Below are positions 41,901-55,079 of a stretch of 64,000 nt of DNA, piece by piece; position 1 is the first letter of the stretch; each line of letters starts with the position of its first letter. This DNA comes from Bugula neritina. Taxonomy: Eukaryota > Animalia > Bryozoa. The notes beneath the pieces were generated by a model, which saw nothing but the letters and a program-made list of their open reading frames with translations, was not told where the DNA came from and did not search any database. The translations under genes and the position numbers were made by a program. The stretch is taken from contig OZ037767.1 of assembly GCA_964035545.1 (NCBI GenBank), forward strand, positions 5,596,707 through 5,660,706. Reading direction: 5' to 3'.

Positions 41901-44521
41901 TTTAAAATTGCGCACAGTCACAATAAACTGCCATGGACTTATCAAAGTTTAGTGTTCCAATTATTTGTCTATTTTCATAATTAAATTATCTTAGAAAATC
42001 CTTTTAGGTAGCAATAAAATGGTCAAAAGCAGTTCACAGTCCAACAGGTGACAACACAAGTGAAACTATTCATTTCAAGTATAATATACTGTCTACAGTT
42101 AACTAACCATAGTGAGTATAGCATGGGATCTAGAACTTCTTTCATTCATATTAGTGGCGCCAATGTGTCTCCTTTTATCTCCTTCAGCCATAAGCCGCAA
42201 CACATCTTCAGGTTTATCAACCAGCTCTTGGCCACATTCTAGCACACGGATCTCCCCCATCTACACACAGCAGAATGGCCATATTCTGACATTTTATTTT
42301 ATCTCCATATAAGATATTGTATTATTTCTCTTCACAGTTACTGACATCATAATAAAAATACAAGAAATATGTTGTGAACTGGCACGTATAACATTGTAGT
42401 TTAGTTGAATTATTCTCATAAATGTATTATTGTACTGATAATATGTTTTATAAATATTATAAACATGTGATGCAGCATCAGAAATAAAAGCAAATATTAT
42501 GTATGCTTCTGCTATTTGTTGTTTTTGCAATATATAATGACATTAAATTTTATGTAAGTCTGTAAGATGTTGTGAGTGTGTAGAATAAAGAAGCGTGGAT
42601 GTAAAAAGATAATGAAGAAACTTCTGACGTACTGATAAACTGCACAATAACCTAGCAACAACCCTATCTAACATAGTAGCAACTTTCTCCAAGTTATTTA
42701 TCAAGTTAATGCTTAAAATATGTACCCATACATTGCATAAGCATTATAATTGGGAAAGGAATAACATAAATAAAATAAAATAATTGTAAGCTAGAGGTTT
42801 CAGGCGCTTGGTACCTCCTCTTAGGATATAAAAGAAAGTCTGAGCAGTAACCTCATTTTCACGAATTTTCAGATTGGTAGCACCGGTTAGAAGGTCGTGA
42901 ACTTCTTCATTATAAATCTCGTTATATGACAGAGATATGAGAAAGCATCTCTCGGTTGCCTGTGGTAAAACAAAACAGGAACAAAATTAAGAAAATTAGG
43001 AAAAAAAACATTCAGTATTGGAGCAGCCACACAATTTTAAGTCTCTTCATAAAGTTTGTAATTTAAAGCTGGTCTTTCTTCCTGAATATAAATATTATAT
43101 TCAACCCAATCTTTGTACAGCAGCTATTATTAGAATTATAATAATCGTACTATTAACTATGAGCATTTGATTCACTGGCAAGGAATAACAACTCCAACAA
43201 ATACGCTAACAATCATGTTTAATTACAGTATCGTAGTAACTATACACAATCTAAACAATGTTCATCTTTATATATGGTCCAACAAACATGTAGAAATGCT
43301 TTTCTTTGAGACTCACGAAAATTTACAATTCCTCAAAAATAAGTAGCAGAGGTTGCACTCAAAGCATTTGTTAGTAAATGTTAGTCGTCAAAACTCCAAA
43401 TACAAATGAAGTAGTTTAGGCATTGCATAATTACATGACACCAGTCTTACCAGCTGCACGAGCGAGAAGATATCATTCATGGCGTAGCTAATTAACCCAG
43501 GTTCAGCATTTGAACCCAGCATTGTGTGGGTTTTTCCACTGCTCGTCTGGCCATACGCAAATATAGTCCCATTGATACCTTTAAGACATAGAAGAGACGA
43601 TCCATTGAAGCAACCAACATCTGTAAGCTTTATAGTATTATATCACTTCACCATTTTTGCAGCAGCGTTATTTTTTGGCTGTAATGCCACTAGCTAGGAA
43701 CTTGGACTAAGCACATTTATCAAAGAATCGATCTGAGTTGGGGGTGACTGAGTGCAATAGTTCGAGGTTCTCAAGTTTAGAGTTGGGGTTTAAGTTGGAA
43801 CTTTAAACCCCAAACCCCAGCGATTAGGACAAACTATGTGCAATATGAATTCTGCATCTGTCCCACAATATTTCTAGAAATGAATAACGTATGACTAAGC
43901 GGAAAAATATACCATACAGCATACCTTTTACAGCTCCTGTGACTATATCTTTTCCAAACACATTATAAACATCTCTGTTAATTTCTTCCTTTCCAATCAC
44001 ATGGTCTGTAAACATACAGAAACTGCATAATTTTACAGATGACAGAAAGATGTTTTAATCAACATATTGACATTATAGTAGAATGCAGCAAAATGAATGC
44101 TTGCACAAAAATGTATTTTAAAGAACAAGTATTGGCTGAAACATTTGGATATTCTAAGCTTCATGGTAAAGAAATAGACCAAGTTCTGAGAGATAGTCCA
44201 CAGTATAGTAAAAAATGTTTACATAACTCATGGCGACTATTCTAAAGCCGACACTATATTCAACTAATTCAATCATAAGCATGAGTGACTCACCAAAGAC
44301 GAAAGGTAAACTGTCTGATACATCCTTCCTAAAAACAGTTGTTGAGCTTGAGTCCCAATAGTCTTGAGCTCCAACTTTCAACTCTCTGTAAAAGTCAAAT
44401 TTTCTTCATTTAAAAAACTCCAATACACTTTTGTTGTATATCAGGATATTATCATTGGTATTATAGGCACAAACCTTTCAACTAGTGGACGGATCCTAAC
44501 CGCAACAATCTGTTGTGCCAT
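20983..44521 (-). CDS. CENPE: Centromere protein E (kinesin-7) with a long coiled-coil stalk and C-terminal CAAX
   Basis: Start [13 protein letters not shown] (44521). Motor motifs: [20 protein letters not shown] (P-loop, ~43450-43580), [26 protein letters not shown] (switch I), NFVDLAGSE (switch II), [37 protein letters not shown]. The kinesin-7-type RRMTWCPG lies at ~38065-38090. The last exon ends EEPECKTQ*, the same farnesylation CAAX as vertebrate CENP-E. Confidence 0.93.
23445..23520. repeat. Degenerate (GT)n microsatellite
   Basis: gtgtgt-rich tract in a CENP-E intron. Confidence 0.75.
24366..24888. mobile_element. hAT-superfamily MITE (~523 bp) with an 8-bp TSD
   Basis: GACTAAAC flanks both ends (24358-24365 and 24889-24896). 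Imperfect TIRs CATGGGTGTTCAACCTTTT / AAAAGGTTGAGCATGGCTG, with subterminal AAAAGGCC repeats. Confidence 0.85.
25300..25402 (-). repeat. Coding 21-bp tandem repeat (ASANTPA-like x4-5) inside a CENP-E exon
   Basis: gcaggtgtgttggcaga(g/c) units translate to [34 protein letters not shown]. Confidence 0.85.
26171..26514. mobile_element. MITE with ~75-bp TIRs and a TAA TSD (PIF/Harbinger-like)
   Basis: TAA|GCCTAGGGCCACACGGTGCGTATTTTCGCATACGAAAATTGAAACCACAAGTAGCAAAGGTGTC ... GACACCTTTGCTACTTGTGATTTCAATTTTCGCATGCGAAAATACGCACAGTGTGGCCCTAGGC|TAA. Confidence 0.88.
27229..31635 (-). repeat. Array of six duplicated phase 1-1 exons in the CENP-E stalk
   Basis: Exons 31357-31635, 30581-30856, 29612-29884, 28722-28997, 27864-28139 and 27229-27483 all have lengths divisible by 3. 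They encode variants of [44 protein letters not shown]. Confidence 0.93.
30496..30560 (+). mobile_element. Degenerate tRNA-like SINE head
   Basis: A-box-like CTGTGGTGTAACG and B-box-like GGTTCAAATCC; resembles 59943-60025. Confidence 0.45.
34610..34895. repeat. Degenerate 10-bp-based tandem repeat (gtgacag/atagtgaca)
   Basis: Repeated tagtgacag units in a CENP-E intron. Confidence 0.85.
35569..35633. repeat. 24-bp tandem repeat x~3 (agattaaataatgataagtaaaat)
   Basis: Directly visible. Confidence 0.75.
37252..37391. repeat. Small inverted-repeat element (mini-MITE-like) with an internal hairpin
   Basis: Ends ACCAGCTTTCCATGG / CCATAGAAAGCTTGT are imperfect inverted repeats. Internal 18-bp stem TTTCCATGGATCGATCTC-gct-GAGATTGATCCATGGAAA. 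Confidence 0.55.
40636..41265. repeat. Homogeneous 30-bp minisatellite (aaagcagatgctataagctacgagccctgc) with 22-bp variant units
   Basis: About 13 identical 30-mers followed by mixed 22/30-mers; source of the spurious ORF 40644..41342. Confidence 0.96.
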
Positions 44522-45126
44522 TAATCCCACTGTTTTAAGCTGAAAGAGCAAATGATATTATATCTTGTATTACACCACCTTAGTCCTAAATAGTATGATT
44601 AAACCTGCATATGAAGTTTCCACTTTACGTTCTCACGGCTTATGACCAATTGTGGTGCATAAGTAGAGTCTGATACTCATTTACCACTGAATAAACTACT
44701 AGGCTGGAAAAGTGCACATGTTGGATTTTATTTTTATTTCTAACGTATAACCAGGAATCAATCAGCAAGCAATGGTTTACTACCCACTACCAACCGTGAA
44801 ACCTATTAAACAATCTTAACTATATAATACGTGACCAACTGACAGTAATACAAAACATAAATACAAGAAATATCATTATTGATCGAAGCTAAAACACTAT
44901 AAATTATCAAAAGAACAAAACTTGAATATAAAATGATATAATGTAATACAAAATAGCTACCTTGTGTGTCTACGCCTAGTTGGATACTGATTACTAATTG
45001 TATTTGTCATTTACTTGCTGTAAGTAACTGTAACGGCCAGCATGGCCCTTTTGCAACACATTCTGTTAGTGCAAATAAATAAAAACCCAAGTAATGAAAA
45101 TGCATCCACAGACTACTTATACTTAA

Positions 45127-45895
45127 AGGATTGCTCTATCTTGTCTAATAAATGGCCATTTAGGTCAAACACACATAATATTGTGTTTTTCTAAGCATGC
45201 ATTGACAAAAAGCATTTGACCAAAGGTAGAAAAAGTTAGTTGAAGTTGAGGGTGTAGATTGGTAACAGCCAAAACGCCGATTTTGAAATGAGCTGGGAAA
45301 TGTGACATAACAGCGCCAGCAATCCTGCTGGTCACGTGACTATACAAATGAATAACTATAGAAATATGACTGTGAGATGTGATCTTTCAGCTCGTAATTT
45401 GTATATTTATAGAAGTGCAAATGTGAATTATCTCAATCTATAGTTTTTTGACATTTTAAATAACATGTATGTGATAACATTAGGACATATTTTGCTTGTA
45501 AACATTAGAAAAAAGCATTGCAAAAACATGCATTCTTTAGGATGAATGCCTGCGATCGATCTAAACTAGGTCAGATTGTGCAATATTACGGGCACACCAA
45601 AGCTGACCTATATAGCGCGCTGTAACTGCTTGAGCGTTATTGGTTGATGTTGTGCTCAGCAACCTTGAATACTAGCGTTATAGTTAGCACGTGCAGCATA
45701 GTTACTGGCGTTCACACGTCACGTATTAGGCTATTCTTTTTCATGGCTGAAAATTTTACCTCCCTCAAAATTGGAATTTTGAAAAGCTGTTTTCTAGACA
45801 CATATCCCTTTGCAAAGCCACAATTGTTTGCATACACATTAGATTGTGGTTCATAATTATGATGTGATTGTAATAAACTAAGATTGAGCAATCCT
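45127..45895. mobile_element. TTAA-flanked MITE (Kolobok-like), copy 2, in the 5' region of CENP-E
   Basis: Same 769-bp element and orientation as 4966-5734; TTAA at 45123-45126 and 45896-45899. Confidence 0.9.
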
Positions 45896-48239
45896 TTAAC
45901 TTGTCAACCTTATTCTCATTAACTTTTAACCATATTTGTTTTCCATAGCATTAGCACCTGTTTTGAACTGTGTTACGTTAGCCTACACACCTTGTAAACT
46001 AATCAGTTTTTAACTAGCCATATAAATACTTGTAAGCTACACATCATGCTTTGTTCTAGACTTGGCCTAGCCATGGTGGGTCAAGTGCTAGAGCCATGAC
46101 TAGTGCAGCCGTTTTATAGAACTAGTAGAGCCAATCAGGTAATACAGTTATTCTTAATAATTACTAATATCTTTACATTTTAATAGAATATGAAACCTTA
46201 ATTGTTTGACAATAACTTGGTGACTTATTATACTACATCTTTGCATATTTTTACTAACATGTTGTTTTATACATTACTATTATAGTTTTCATGTTGCCTT
46301 ATGGCATCAGTCGAGACTTACGGCTCCAATAAAGTACCATCAACACCAAAACCTATAAACCCGCTACAGTAACTTAAAATAAAACCTTTTCTCTAATGCA
46401 ACAGCTTAATAGCTAACAGTAGCCAGCTATATAGCTGAGTTATTCTAGCTTTGCAATTAAATTAGCAATAAGAACTAATGGTGGAACAGGCACGAACCTC
46501 TGCCCAGATAAAGTGTGGTCCCCAAACCCAGTCTAGTTCAAGAAGAAACTTTATAGTATATACGGTGCAAACATGCAATACACGTACCAATAACAATACT
46601 AATAGTATTATAAAACTAGAAGGTTTCCAATGAATAAATAAGCTGCAAATGCAACTGGCACTGCAAAACTTGTGCAAGTTGAAGTAGTGACCCATAACTG
46701 AGGAGTTACCATTACATTTATAGAAACAGTATTAGTCTAAGTATTATCAACAGTATAAATATAATATTAATAACTACAAGTATAACTATAATTTATAAGT
46801 ATGACTATAGACTTAGAGTATACTATAAGATTAGGTACAACTGTGATGTTTTATTGAACACTATTTGTGTAGCCTAGGCTGCCTGTAAGTGTATGGTATA
46901 GTGTGATGTTCTGTGACGAATGGGCACCAAACAATATTAACAAATAAACATAATAAGTCAACACTGGTTATAAATTTAGCGTAATAGTTTGTTGATATTA
47001 TAAATCTAGCATAATATTAATAGTTAGTGAACTCACTCTGAGTAAAGAAAAAAATGTGAAATTTTAAATGTTGTAAATATCATATGTGAGCCAAAGGGTT
47101 TCACTAAAAAGTTTTCTTTATAACTTTTATTGTTCTTGGCTTTGTAATATGAATATTATATACAAATATAGAGTAAGGTACAAAGATGATATAAATGCTA
47201 CACCTGTGAACTCTAATCTATGAGTATTATATGATATTGCAAGGCTAAGAAGTAAGCACAATAAATATCTAAAGATAACTTTTCAATAACTTCAACTCTA
47301 TAAATTTTACTATTAGTATTACTGTTACTATTATTATTGGACATTATCATTATGATTATCATTATGATTACTATTAGGATTGGACTTACTCTTACTATTT
47401 GAGTTGGTTATATTCACTCAATCATAATAATTATGATTATAATCTATTTCTAAATCATAACCATAATCATAATGACTTGAAGTTAAACTTAATTTTATAA
47501 TTATATACTTATACTTATAGCTACACTTATTAACTCTTATACTTATAGGCAATACTATATTAATATTATAACATTTACAGTTTCAGTTCTGCTATTACTA
47601 ACTGTAAGTAAAGTATTACTATAAGTATAAGCATTACTTATTTACTACTAGTTATTAAATTTTTATTTTAGTTATAATTATACTGATACGCATCGGTATA
47701 CTCATACTCAATCTCATAGCCATAGTGATAGTCATTGTTATACTTAGTATTATTCTTTATTTATAATTTAGTAACTATCACTATCATTATCAATGATACT
47801 AATAATTAGTATTACTATTAGTATTAGTATTACATTTACTACAACATTAAGTTTAACTATGAGTATCAGTGTCACCATCAGTATCACTATCAGTATGAGT
47901 ATTCACTTTCAGTATGATTGTGACTATCACTATGATACTCTATCCTATGACTATGAGTATCAGTATGAGTATCAGTATGAGCCATGAACTCAGCCATGAG
48001 CCTGAGGATCAGGATGAGGATGACTCAGACTTGGGTCTTAGACTATGATACTCACAGTCACTATGACTATGAGTATGTAACTTTACAAGGTTTACTTTAA
48101 AAGAGCGTTGCAATTAATATGACAAAGCTCCAAAACAGCTAAACTAAAAATTACTCAAACTTTATAATAAAATTAAATATAAATTAATATAACGCACTTT
48201 CTGGAAATTTGGACTTGAATTGATAACTGTTGAAGATCA

Positions 48240-48320
48240 TGTTTGAATAGATAGCCAATGCCGCTCTCGCATAATTGGCTTCTGAATCGTCCAATCATAT
48301 TGATTCCACATTTCCAATGA
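48240..48320. promoter_or_regulatory. Probable CENP-E / BLOC1S6 divergent promoter with a CHR-like element and CCAAT boxes
   Basis: TTTGAA (48242-48247) next to CCAAT (48255), ATTGG (48274), CCAAT (48291) and CCAAT (48314), between the divergent genes. Confidence 0.55.
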
Positions 48321-49127
48321 AATATTATAATAGAGTTATTCGTCTAGTCAGAGTGATATATGACCTCTAACCCTTACTGTATCCGTATTACTACTTACTT
48401 TTACTTTCAGTTTTGCGTCACACTGAATTTCAGTTTGATATTTTATTATAATTATTGTAATAATGATAAAAAATTTAATATTGATAATGTTTTAAATAAT
48501 AATATTTGGTATTAAATTTAATCACACAGTAGCTGTAAGAGTAACTATTACTACACTAATGTAATAGTTTTAAAACTTGACTTCAATTTCAATTTGTGTT
48601 TGACAGTTCTTTGAATAAATTAGCTATTGCTAAAAGTAAAAGTAAATCGTCATTATATTAATTAAGTTGAAGGTTAACTAAAAAATATGTATATTACGAT
48701 TACTGATTACAAACTTTACAAGTTAATGTAGGCGTGGCTTTATAAGCCACACTCTCACACTGTGACTTTTTCTCATGCACTCACCAGTCACTGAGTGATT
48801 CACTTTCAGGTTGACTTAGAAGTTAGAGTGTTAGACTATCACTGTCATCAGTTCACTATAAGTATAATCATGCCCAAGTTTTGGATGCCTGATGTAACTA
48901 TAAATATTAATGTTCTGTTACCATCACAATTGCCAATAATTTACTCATTTCAATTAAATTTTCTCATTGTGATATCAATACTGATAACAATGTAAAACTA
49001 AATATGTTTCATTTAATAAAAATAGTATTAATTAGGATGTATAACACTACAATACAGATACTATTATATTTTATTGTTATTTTATTTATTAGTTTCTATT
49101 TTAATACAAGTATTGTTTATTGTTCGG

Positions 49128-51037
49128 ATGCACACACATTCACAGGTAAGTGTATATGCTGCATAGACGACACCTAAAACATATAATTTGTATCATGATA
49201 TATAGAATTTTGTGATGGGGGATGAAAAAGTTGAAGAAAATTGGATGAAAAAAGATAATTTCATCAGTTCAAGTGAAAAGGAGGAGGCAGGTGGTTGTAC
49301 GACTTCTATAAGAACAGATCATCTCCATGAGACCAAGGAAATTACTAAACTATCAACTAACTGTAATCTTGCTAATGAGTCATGCCCTAAAGCTCTTCAG
49401 TTAATTGATGTGCAGGGATTTGCAGATTATGCAACAGCATCATATCAGCCCCATCTTGCTCAAATAGGCGACTCAAACCGAACTAAGCTGCAAGAACTAG
49501 TGTGAGTCTGATCCAAACATTGTTTTAACGGTACATATATGATGTGCATTGTGTTACTTGACCAGTATTCCAGCTTTAAAAAGCCTTCAAAATCAAAACT
49601 TTTATTTAGGTTGTTAGTTTCTCTGTATTTTCAAAGTCTGATTTTCAGTTTTTTTGTTAAAAGTTTTTTGAAAGATTTTTTTAACCAACTTGGTTATGGG
49701 TTTATTTATTATTGCTATTAGTATTTTTCGCATGATCAATTTAGCATTTTGTGTATCAACTAAATTATTTGTTTTCTACTAACAGGAGCCATCAGAAGAT
49801 TTTGCTGGAGTCATTGGAGCATGAAAATGAAAAATTCACATCGAGTGATTGCTTTGATCAAATGGAAACAATAGTATGTTGTCTTACACCAATCATGTCA
49901 CTCTAAAATCACTAGTAAAAAGTATAGCTGTAATAAATTGTTATAATATTAATATTAGTTGTTAACAACGTTATAAGCAGAACCAATGTTTGCATCAGAA
50001 TAACTCAGTCTGTCAATTTGGGTTTTGAAAGATAAGCGGTCTTGCTTATTTGGTATGCTATAGATGCTGAAATGTCAAGAATACAATACAAAATTGCTAA
50101 AACTAAAGAAAAGCATGTTGAATATTAGCCAAAGAACAACAAAAATCAAGGTAGGTAACTCTTGAAGGTTCCATAGAAAATTGTTGATTCTTTCAGTGCT
50201 TTGATGACTCTCAATCTCAATGTTGCAATTTCAAAAATTGAGAATAGAAATGACACTTCTTTATTTCTTCTTTTGAGTTGTCTGGTAAGAATAACATTTC
50301 ACCGCCATGTTTTATTGGTAAAATCTCACTAGAAGTGCACAGAACAATTGCATTTAATTAATTTTGGGCTTATGTGTTTTCGTGTTGAAATTGTCATCTT
50401 TGACCATGGTTTGTATCAAGGGATTTACAATTGAACAATGAAAAATAGTATGCTTGAAAAAATTAGCAAATTTTAAACTGAAAGAAATTGATTGCCATAG
50501 TTAGTTTTTTATATTTCTTATTTTACTTGTTCTACGTGGGTGCAGCACTGTACACATGTAAATTTACTCTGGTTTCTTACTGGGATAATATAATCACAAA
50601 TTGGCTGTAGGTAAACTAAAATTGATGATAGGGACATGTGGTTTTGACCTTTAAATATTAGTTAATAATCAGTGATATTGAAGGTATATGTTTATTAGCA
50701 ATCAACCACAGTTAGATTGAAAGTAGATATCAGGGTCTTTACTTGTGCTGGTTTTCTTACACTCCCATCATGTGATCACATCAGCTATTAGTGACTAGCA
50801 TGAATATGCAATGCGAAAAATCACCTTCATCAAATTGGTTTTCATGCTGATGAAATTTTCACATCAATGTATTTTCAGAAACAGTGCTCAAAGTTACATG
50901 AACTAAAAGCTAAAAGTCTGGTTGCTGAAGAGGAGGTGAGAAGGACAGAGATGGAGAGAGAAAAGTTGTTGGTGGCACAGCCAGTAACTTTAAGTCAGAA
51001 TGTCTCAACACACCCTGAAGAGTCCCCAGTTTCTTAG
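49128..51037 (+). CDS. BLOC1S6: BLOC-1 subunit 6 (pallidin)
   Basis: Exons 49128-49145 (start uncertain; alternative ATG at 49215), 49206-49501, ~49786-49873, ~50064-50150 and ~50879-51037. They give ...YQPHLAQIGDSNRTKLQELVSHQKILLESLEHENEKF...MLKCQEYNTKLLKLKKSMLNISQRTTKIKKQCSKLHELKAK...EMEREKLLVAQP. This aligns by eye with the pallidin LQEL.Q.Q..LL..LE.E..KF / Y..KL...K.M...TSK.K / ERE.QL.ARP pattern. Confidence 0.85.
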
Positions 51038-52065
51038 TATAAAATTAGCAGCTAGTTTCTACACAATGTTTTTAATTGTATTAAAGTGCTAATGGAAATA
51101 TGTCACATACAATAATATTTATTGAATATTTTTATATCTATTCATGTGCTGAGATGCAATATGTCGATTTTTTCACAGATTTGGTGGGGAATATGCACCT
51201 AGCACTATTTCTGAATGACATGCTCAAACTTTTGAATGCCACCAAAAATTTTTCTACAATTTAAAACAATTGTAGGCATTAGATGTTTTCACTTGATGTA
51301 GTAATTGTTACTGTTTATGTTTACGTTATGCAACATGTCTTAAATTTGTACAATTTTAAATAGGTATGCAAATGCGTAAAAATAGGTTTTGAAAATAATA
51401 AAAATATTTTATATTCAAAAGCTTTTTATTTATAGTTCTATACACTATACAGTAACTTATATTATGTATGCTGACTTCAGAACTTGTCAACTATCTTTTT
51501 ACCTCTCATAATACAGCACAATATGTACTTGCTTATACTAAAATATTATATGCAAGAAAATATCAATGTAATTTATTTCTTTTACTGAAAGTGTTTTTTT
51601 AATTTCTTCTGAATTCAAATCATGGAAGACTTGTTTAAATAATCTATACAAGGTTGATAGTGGAAACAACCATTTAGTGATTTTCATTAGTTGTCAACCA
51701 AGTTCATAGTTATTTCTACGCTAGAATATAGCTATGCCCATCATGAAAATATCAGGTATTCTTCCATAACTTTATGCTAAAACGGTGAATAAAGATTGTA
51801 TTTAAACATCTAATAATTACAAAATGGTTGAGCAGAATAAGGATTGATATTATGACATCAATTTGCATGTAGCATAATTGTGGTAGTTTTCTTCCCTATA
51901 AATGAGTTCTCTCGAACATTTTTAGAAGAGGTACGAATATCGCAAATTCAGGTTTCCGTTGATACTGGTAATACTTTTACCTCAATTAATTATGCAACAT
52001 TTTGTTAAGTTTCACTTTTTCTAATCACTTAAAAAAAATTTCTTACACCTAGAGTATTAATAACT

Positions 52066-52940
52066 ATGTCGACTGGTGCTAAAATTGCTCTTGGCACATC
52101 GGTTGTTTATTCTCTTTCGATGGTAGCTTTTGTTCATTGGAATCAGCATTCTGAGAGACAGGTTAGAAATTAAGTTCACTGATTCTGAAGTTGAAACTAG
52201 AATTAGAGTAGTTTAATAATTTTATGAGCATTATAATCATTACGCTAATTGTTAACCAAGACCAATTCTAATTTTCCAATTTGATTATTCTAAATTGCGG
52301 TCATTTAGAATAATCAAATTGGGATTAGAATTCGCCGTAATGATCATCATCATGAAATTGAATATCATAAATCATTATGATTATCAATACGATGTTATGA
52401 TGATGATGCTCATACTAATACTGATAGTAATAGTCACACTCGTACCGGTACTCTTAGTCATACTAAAAGTGAGTCTGATGGTTTGACTTTTAGTAATCAC
52501 TAATCAGTAATAAATAAATAATTATAAGCAATAAGTATAAATAAGTAAGAATGTCGTTAGTTTACTTGGTAAAACTAAATAATAAAATTATTATTAAATT
52601 ATTCTTTTTTTACAATCAATTGTATAAAAAAGTTATTCTTAAGGTTATGCTTAGCCTTATTCTTTGTAGTTATAGATTTATACCTGTAGTCGTTTATAAT
52701 GGTTAAGGCAAGGATTGAAACCGAAGGCAACGTAAAGTTCATCAATTGTTTTAGATTTTAGGTTTTTAGATAGTTTGTGTTTGAGTTGCTATTTTAAATG
52801 TTGATGTTTCGGCTTTCTAGAAACTAAGAGAAGGAGTTTTGCATGACATAGAGCGTAGACAATCCTCTTCAGATGGCCCTACCCCCTCTACCCAGCACAA
52901 CAGTGGTACAGGAAATACCACTTCTGTGGACCGTCACTGA
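52066..52940 (+). CDS. PET117: PET117 cytochrome c oxidase assembly factor (71 aa, 2 exons)
   Basis: Exons 52066-52161 and 52821-52940: MSTGAKIALGTSVVYSLSMVAFVHWNQHSERQ|KLREGVLHDIERRQ..., matching the PET117 VH..Q..E...L..GV..D.ER signature. Confidence 0.88.
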
Positions 52941-54050
52941 TTTCGGGTGCTGCGCTGACTAATTTGCAAAAAGAAATGAGATTCTGCAAGATTGTGGCTT
53001 TGTGGAAAGAGGTTGCAGTTCTAGGATAATGTTTGTAATATTCAAAGCTGCTGAAACCATAAACTTTACTATTTCGTTTTTGAAAGCAAATCTGAATGTG
53101 TTTGGATCATATGTTTTTTAACTTAATTGAATTATTTTTCAATTATAGATTATAGCTAATATTTGTTTGTTTAATATTTTATTTGAGGTTATTGCTTTCA
53201 TATTTTATAAAAAGATAATTAAAACTTTAATAATAACCTCATTCTTTTTTAGGTTTAGACTAATCTGATAAGAAAATTGTGACATAGTTCAATTGTTGCA
53301 TCATGAGTGTTTTGGTAATGGGTGTGAAAGATAATAGATAAGTGAAAAATAAATTATTTCCTATATAAGAAATTTTATTCTTTCAGTTCATTAGTTAATC
53401 TAATTAAAATTTATGTTAGTTAAATAGGTTTTCAGTCTAACTATGCAGGTTCATGGAATCGGATACAAGAAGTGACATAATGCCTAGCTATGACTGCAGT
53501 AGATCTCAGTAGAAGTATTCAATAGCCGCCTTTACCTGAATTATTTCAACTTCTGACTGTTTCTTGTCTCTACTCAAGTGCTATTTTAGCTGCCAAGAAT
53601 AGAATTTAATACCAATATGGTTCCTTCAAATTTGAATGCATTCAAATTTAAGCGCATGACATGAAAATGCTTAGCAAGAAATTTCCAACATGCCGCATGC
53701 AATATATTTCCTACTAATTGATTATGTTGAATATCTTTACTGAGTTGACTTTACTTATACTCAAATCTAAAAGTGAGCTTCGTTGTCTAATGTGAACAGT
53801 ACTCTATACTGGCTGGCGAGATGAATCAACCTCAGTTATTGATTTATAGCATAAGCTGACAAATCACTTCATCAAATCTAGGTTTCCAAACTTTTAGGAT
53901 TTGTTCCTCATGAGCATCAGCCTTGCTTATAATTATGGTAATGAAACTGACATAGCTGCTAACCATGTTGACATATTGCTGTTTCTGCTTTTCGTTATTA
54001 GTCTGTGCAAAATATATATTTCGATCTAACAGTTTTGCCTAATTTAAAAA

Positions 54051-54264
54051 AACTCACGCAAGTTTATAGTCACTATCCTTGTGAGAACCCTTGATGGAAT
54101 AGTTTTTTTAAATCCAACCAAGGACTTATTCATATGTGGCGCTAGAGCAATTGTGACTGCATAGATGCTCTTCCTAGCATCACCAATTACTTTTCCTGGG
54201 GTTCAGACACATGACTTTGTGTTTACTAAGCCAGTGCTTTAACCTGCAGACCACAGCTGCCCCC
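54051..54264 (-). mobile_element. tRNA-derived SINE, copy 2
   Basis: Shares aactcacgcaagtttatagtc...cttgtgagaa...gatgctcttcct...tgactt.gtgtttact...gaccac..ctgc with 14366-14573. Confidence 0.75.
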
Positions 54265-55079
54265 TTTTTGTCTAATTTAACGAAGCAACTAAATGTTTCA
54301 AAGCATTTCTTGTAACAGTTTATTCCATGCAATCAATTCTTCATTTTTTTAACAAGAAACCTTCATCGAGCAAAAATGCTCCAACTGTCAGCTAAAGCTT
54401 TGAGATGTTTATGTTATTCCATTTCAGTAATTAATTGATAAAGTGCAAATAAAAAAAGAATAATATTTACATACATTAGGATCCACTTCACTCTTGTGGA
54501 AATAGATAACCATTGCAAATCTACTTATATATTCACTTTTATATATAATGTATATGGAAATCTGATTTAAAAATAGATATATAAATAAGAGTAATTTGAG
54601 TAACTCCAAATATTTTATTGCTGCCTATAGAAATGTACAATAAAGCTGCCATAAACAATTGCAAAGAACTTTTGTACATATTAAAGGCTTTAGAGTTGCA
54701 GACAGGTTTTAATTACTATTAGCTATTATAGTAAATATTCAGACACTTTTATAAGTATATCATATTATATTATGACATATTATATTATATCATAGTACTA
54801 TATTATATTACATTTAAAGTCAAGAAAATAATCTAAAGTCAATTAAAAGTTTGGTTAACACTGTGAGTCACCCACTTTACATTTATAAAATTATGTATTT
54901 GACTCAAATTTTCATTTCATCAAGGCAACGTTGTGTATAAACTAAAAGAAGCTTGTTACAAGCTATCGCAAAAAAGCCATCATAAGTTATATTATATTTT
55001 GATAATGTTTAGTTTAGCAAATTACATAATGGTTAGAAAGAGAGGTTTATCAAAACAGCCCTTTGGTGCTTTTTTCATT

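Noticed and set aside
43783-43813. Hairpin TTGGGGTTTAA...TTAAACCCCAA
   Set aside because: A short isolated intronic palindrome with no supporting context.
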